The position numbers and the translations under genes were made by a program. This document shows positions 59,400-64,000 of a stretch of 64,000 nt of DNA, piece after piece. Numbering within the stretch: position 1 is the stretch's first letter; each line of letters begins with the position of its first letter. Source of the DNA: Trichodelitschia bisporula (Eukaryota); the NCBI GenBank assembly GCA_010356995.1, contig ML996689.1:576691-640690 (forward strand), in the 5' to 3' direction. The notes beneath the pieces were generated by a model, which was given only the letters and a program-made list of their open reading frames with translations, did no database searches and had not been told where the DNA came from.

Positions 59400-61685
59400 A
59401 TGGAATTTAATGCGCTTCAACAGTACGTTTGTTCCCATCCATTTGATCCATCTTCATTTCCACCTTATAAGCGGGTTGTCTGATCACATATAGACTCCAA
59501 TCCGCCGACGGTTTTTCTTTCCTTCAGCAACGCTCCCGAAATGCTGGCCAGATGATGTACCCAGGCGGCACGTACTCGGCTGCGGCCACTCTTGGGCTTG
59601 CACGGCCTCCTTCGGCGGCACAGCCAACGCCGCGACACCCCCCCACAGCCTTCTCCACGTGGACGCTAGGCACCGCCGCCGTGAAGCCATACCCGCATTT
59701 TCAGCATCGTGCCCAATTACTCGACCCCCGACCAGTGCAGGCTGACCTTGCGGCGTCGCGGGGTTTCAACCAAACACTCCGAGTGGGGATGCAGAATCCT
59801 CAGGGCGAGTACCTGCCGCAACCTAATGTGCCCCCTCAGGCTATACCCAAGCCTGCCTCGGATCAGAGTAGTACGTGTCGGCCTCGGTGTGCTGTCGCCC
59901 TGCTAACGTGACTAGACGGCTGGAGCCAGAAGCCTTGTAATAACGATTTCGACTTCCCGACGCTGGACCCGGATACTTCGGATCTCGGACACAACCTAAT
60001 GACCGGTACTGAGGAGGAGACTGCTATCATCGACTTGCGGCAATATCCTAACTACGATCAGGACGCACATGACTTCAACCCGAGACGCATGTCCGAGTCG
60101 TCGTTCTCCATGTCGAGCAATGGGCACCTCGCTGATGTGCCAACATTCGAAGAGTTCACGCAAGAAGTGATGACAACCGAAGTTGACTGGAATCTCGACG
60201 GTGGTGCCCAACCCCAGGATCAAGGTCGAGGATCGAACCAACTGCAGACCACGCAGCCTCAGCAGTCAAATCTCAGGTCCCCTATGCCTTCGCCCGGACG
60301 ACCGGCCGCCCACGAACAGTCCGTCATCCGCACCAACCGTTCAAGAACATCTCCTGGTCCTAGCGTGCGCGCCTCGCCATATACTCTCGATAGCCAGCGT
60401 AATAAGCGCTGGTCCACCGGTACATATGTTGGGACACCGACGCACTCACGTGCGATGCACTACTTCAATCGTAATACCATCTACAGCTCCCCATTGAATC
60501 CGCATAACCCCCTCGGCTCATTTACTCTCGACAGCTCCCAGTCGCTCCACCCGCACATGTACGGCCAGTCTTACATGTCGGCACCGAACCCTCCACCTCT
60601 CTTCTCCTCAGCAGCCGGCTTCCCCGAGGCCCCCCGTCCACTCCCTTCGCAAGGCCTGTTCCGGCTTCTACAATCCTCACCCCTGGACCGTCTCCCAGGC
60701 CACCACCACACAACCCACTTCGCCGACCTCACCGACCCCCCCGATCTCTACGCCAGCATCGCAGCCGCAGCATCTGACCCCCCCGAATCCGACATGCACC
60801 CCTCAGACGCCGACCTCACGCCCCACGAGCAAGACCTACGCTTCACCGGCGACTTGTACACCCCCAAATGGGTCCGCGGCCACGGCAACAAGCGCGAGGG
60901 CTGGTGCGGGCTGTGCAAGCCCGGCCGCTGGCTCGTGCTCAAAAACAGCGCCTTCTGGTACGACAAGAGCTTCACGCACGGCGTGAGCGCGGCGACGGGC
61001 GCGGCCTTCGCGGGGCCGAGGGAGACGAGGCGCACGGAGGGGAATTTGGATGTTTGGGAGGGGTTGTGTGGGGGGTGTGGGGATTGGGTGCCGTTGGTCA
61101 GTAGTAAGAAGAAGGGGACGACGTGGTTTCGCCATGCGTATAAGGTATGTTGGCCGACCTCCTGCGGGCGAGTTGTGGTCCCGTGATGGGGCGAGGCGAG
61201 GCTGACGGAGATAGTGTCACACGCATCCTAAGGTTAAGGACACACCTAAGCGCCGACGTGAGGCTTCGGCGGCGATGCGCACGCGGGCGGCTAGTACGTC
61301 GTGTTTGCCGCCGACGGCGGGGACGGTGCTGAAGGCGATTGATGGGGAGGGCGTGACCAGTCCAGGATCGAGCACGACGACGGCGATGAGCGTGGCGACC
61401 GTTACCGGACAAACAACGACTGATACGCAATCTTCTCCCACTGGGGGAGGGAATGTCAAGTCTTCACCGATGGGAGACGGTGTCAAGCGCGAGGAACAAA
61501 CGCCGTTCTCTACGCCGCACATTGGCCATCCGCCGCAGACGCCGGTGCATCCTATTACGTCGCATTTGGGGAGGGGGTGTGCGACGCCGTCGCTTTCGGG
61601 GAGGAGGGATAGTGGGTGGGAGGATGGGGGTGGGGTGCAGGTGATTGAGCAGGCGAATCAGCAATATCAGCAACAGCAGCAGTAC

Positions 61686-61780
<95 letters not shown>

Positions 61781-62171
61781 GTACCAGCAACAACAACAGC
61801 ATCACAGTCCGCAGCATAATCAGCAGATGAACCCACCGCAGCAGATTAGCCCGATACAGCAGAGCCCGTTTGAGCAGTACAAGGAGGCGATGAAGCAGCG
61901 GCAAGGCGCTTTCCAACAGTACCAACAGCAGCAGCAGGGGTATTATCAGGTGCACCAGCAGCAGCAGCAGCAGTTCTCTCAGATGGCCCAGCAAGTCCAG
62001 GAGGCGTACCAGGCGCAGTTCCAGCAGCCGCAACAGAGTCCAGGGATGGTGCGGTCGCATTCGCAGACGCAGCCGCCGACACCGGTGCATCAGGTGCCCC
62101 AGAGCCAGAGGGGGAGCTTGGAAGGGTCGCCGCTGGAGCAGCAGCAGCCTCAGGGACAGCAGCAGCAACTC

Positions 62172-62242
<71 letters not shown>

Positions 62243-62429
62243 AGCACAACAACCACAACAGCAACAGCAACCGTCAGCATCGCTTCCGCCCGAAGATATT
62301 AGCCAGTTGGAGACATTGCAAGACCCGTTACAAATGCACATGGGCATGCACGATCTGGGGCTCAATCTTGACGAATACGATGGGTTCAGGATCGATCCGT
62401 TTGAAGACCGGTATGCGGGGATGCTTTAG
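59400..62429 (+). CDS. Rua1_C/DUF4451-domain putative transcription regulator with long polyQ C-terminus
   Basis: Exons 59400-59422, 59494-59870, 59916-61144, 61215-62429 (GT-AG, frame-consistent, aaaATGG start); DLYTPKWVRGHGNKREGWCGLC...LKNSAFWYDKSFTHGVS...EGLCGGCGDWV...WFRHAYKCH. Confidence 0.8.
61659..61800 (+). repeat. CAG/CAA microsatellite encoding polyQ tract 1
   Basis: (CAGCAA)n then (CAA)n in frame with the CDS. Confidence 0.95.
62139..62270 (+). repeat. CAG/CAA microsatellite encoding polyQ tract 2
   Basis: (CAG)n interrupted by CAA, in frame with the CDS. Confidence 0.95.
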
Positions 62430-63498
62430 ATTCGATACACTCTCCTTTCCTTTCTGGGCTTGTATTTCTTTTCCTTGGAGGATCTTTTTTGCTGTGACAG
62501 CCTTGCCAGCGAGCATTATAGACATTGGCTTTTTGGTGAGCGTTTTCGTTCCGTCCTTTTTGTGTCTGGGGATGATGGGTTATGGGTCTGGGATATGGGC
62601 ATGTTAGGGTCTGGGAGGCGTGTAATGTGTCATGCGAATGTTTTACGGTATTTCCGAGGTTGGTTATCAAGAAGGGTTGGAAGGGAGGCTTCTTTCAGAC
62701 TTGTCGTGAGTAGCATAGAGGAGACTAGCTGGGGCAATCTGAAGACGAAGCAAATGTAACATCTTTCGGGCTTAAGAGTCGAGCATGAAGCAGTCACTGC
62801 AATGAAGATGCCGTGGGTTAGGCTTGGCTGTCGTAATCTGTGAAGATGCCATGCTGATGTTCTCTTTTAGGAAAGCTGTAAAGCATCCAAGAAATCCTCA
62901 AAGCGCTGATCCAACCATCCTCCCCAAATCTCTCAGATATCCCATCCTTATCTCTCTGATCGACAACGGCGGACGTCATACCTCGCGATCGTACTCATAG
63001 CCATCACGGGATCCTACCCCACAAACTCACCCGGTTATGTCAGCGCGTAAGGTACGCCATCCTCCACCCAGGGCTGACGGCGACCTGCATGACCCCCATG
63101 CCTTCTTCCTTGCACACCTGCGTCCATCCGCACTTCTCATTAGCTCAACTCACGGGCAGACAGTCGGGATTCATTGTCTGGCAGCGCGTTGAGGCGAGCA
63201 CCTCATCAAGAAATATATGCACGAAAAACACTGCATGTCCGCTAAGCCCGCTAAGCATTCTGACTACCGTCCCCCCAAGCTCTACTAGCGTCAATGGCTG
63301 ATCCCGCCCGTACTGCGTCCGCCCCGCCTCACCTCTTCCCGACCTGCCGACTTAACGCATGTCTGGCCTCGCCTTCTTCCTAGTCCTGTACTGAAGAGTA
63401 TATATTCACCGCCCGTCGCTCGGCTCCCTGCGTCTCCGACCCTTTGCCCCCTTCTTTCCCTCGCGGCTCCCCTTCCTGGCCCTTCATCCCGCATCAAA

Positions 63499-64000
63499 AT
63501 GCCATCCTCACCCCGCGCCTCCGCCTCCGGCGTCCCACGCCCCTCGGCCGCGCAACGCGCCGGGCCCACCGTGCATCCAAATCCAACCCCCTCCTCCCTG
63601 CTCCAGCGACATAACACACTCGGCTCGCGGGGCACAGGCGCCTCGAAGCGCTCCCGCTGGTGGAAGATACACCCGTTCCGCGGCATGGTGAAGGACGTGC
63701 GGCGGCGCGCGCCCTTCTACGTGAGCGACTGGGTGGATGCGTGGGACTATCGCGTTGTGCCGGCGACGGTGTATATGTATTTTGCTAAGTATGTACTCGT
63801 ATCCGGTGGCGAGGCGGGTGGGAGAATCACATTCCAATTTTTTTTGCGACTCCGGCTCGGCTCCCCTTGTTCTTGGGGGGTTTTTTTTGTCGACCTCGTT
63901 GCTGCGGAGGAGCCGAGGCTGGCGGGTTGGCTTGAGGCGAGTGGTGATGCGAGACTAATGGCTTTGCAGTATTCTGCCTGCGCTCGCCTTCAGCCTCGAT
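63499..64000 (+). CDS. BOR1: Boron efflux transporter Bor1 (SLC4/HCO3- transporter family), 5' part
   Basis: ATG 63499; exon 1 to 63788 ...PFRGMVKDVRRRAPFYVSDWVDAWDYRVVPATVYMYFAN; intron 63789-63969; exon 2 ILPALAFSLD; absent from the ORF track. Confidence 0.9.
   Translation, partial: MPSSPRASASGVPRPSAAQRAGPTVHPNPTPSSLLQRHNTLGSRGTGASKRSRWWKIHPFRGMVKDVRRRAPFYVSDWVDAWDYRVVPATVYMYFAKYVLVSGGEAGGRITFQFFLRLRLGSPCSWGVFFVDLVAAEEPRLAGWLEASGDARLMALQYSACARLQPR

Noticed and set aside
59541..59555. Apparent uORF MLAR* overlapping ATG 59552
   Set aside because: A better gene model starts at 59400 with intron 59423-59493, making this sequence internal coding.
61464..62365. PolyL/polyA/polyC antisense ORFs
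   Set aside because: Alternative-frame readings of the CAG/CAA microsatellites.

Overview
Gene-dense euchromatic window from a filamentous ascomycete (Pezizomycotina; Dothideomycete-like by inference), with short GT-AG introns of mostly 41-71 nt and CTAAC/CTGAC branch sites. About 21 protein genes can be supported. Housekeeping genes: an S1/P1 nuclease 3' end, VPS20, RIX7, AIM18-like, m-AAA protease, PFF1 M28 protease, MMS22/Mus7, parvulin PIN4, an Mto2/SPA18-like protein and a BOR1 5' end. Regulators: AtrR-like and ASG1-like Zn2Cys6 factors and a polyQ Rua1_C/DUF4451 protein. Also a NACHT-TPR NLR-like gene and several secreted or orphan proteins. No tRNA, rRNA, transposon or CRISPR array was recognised. 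The most notable observations are a three-exon PIGBOS1-like microprotein not resolved by the ORF track, an NLR with no N-terminal effector domain next to a nuclease gene, a VPS20 gene whose first intron lacks a usable 3' splice site, an orphan gene built by exon+intron tandem duplication, two Kex2-type secreted orphan proteins, and a recurrent C-rich to G-rich sense-strand switch inside genes. Family assignments are from motif recall, not database searches. No complete novel system can be demonstrated from the sequence alone.
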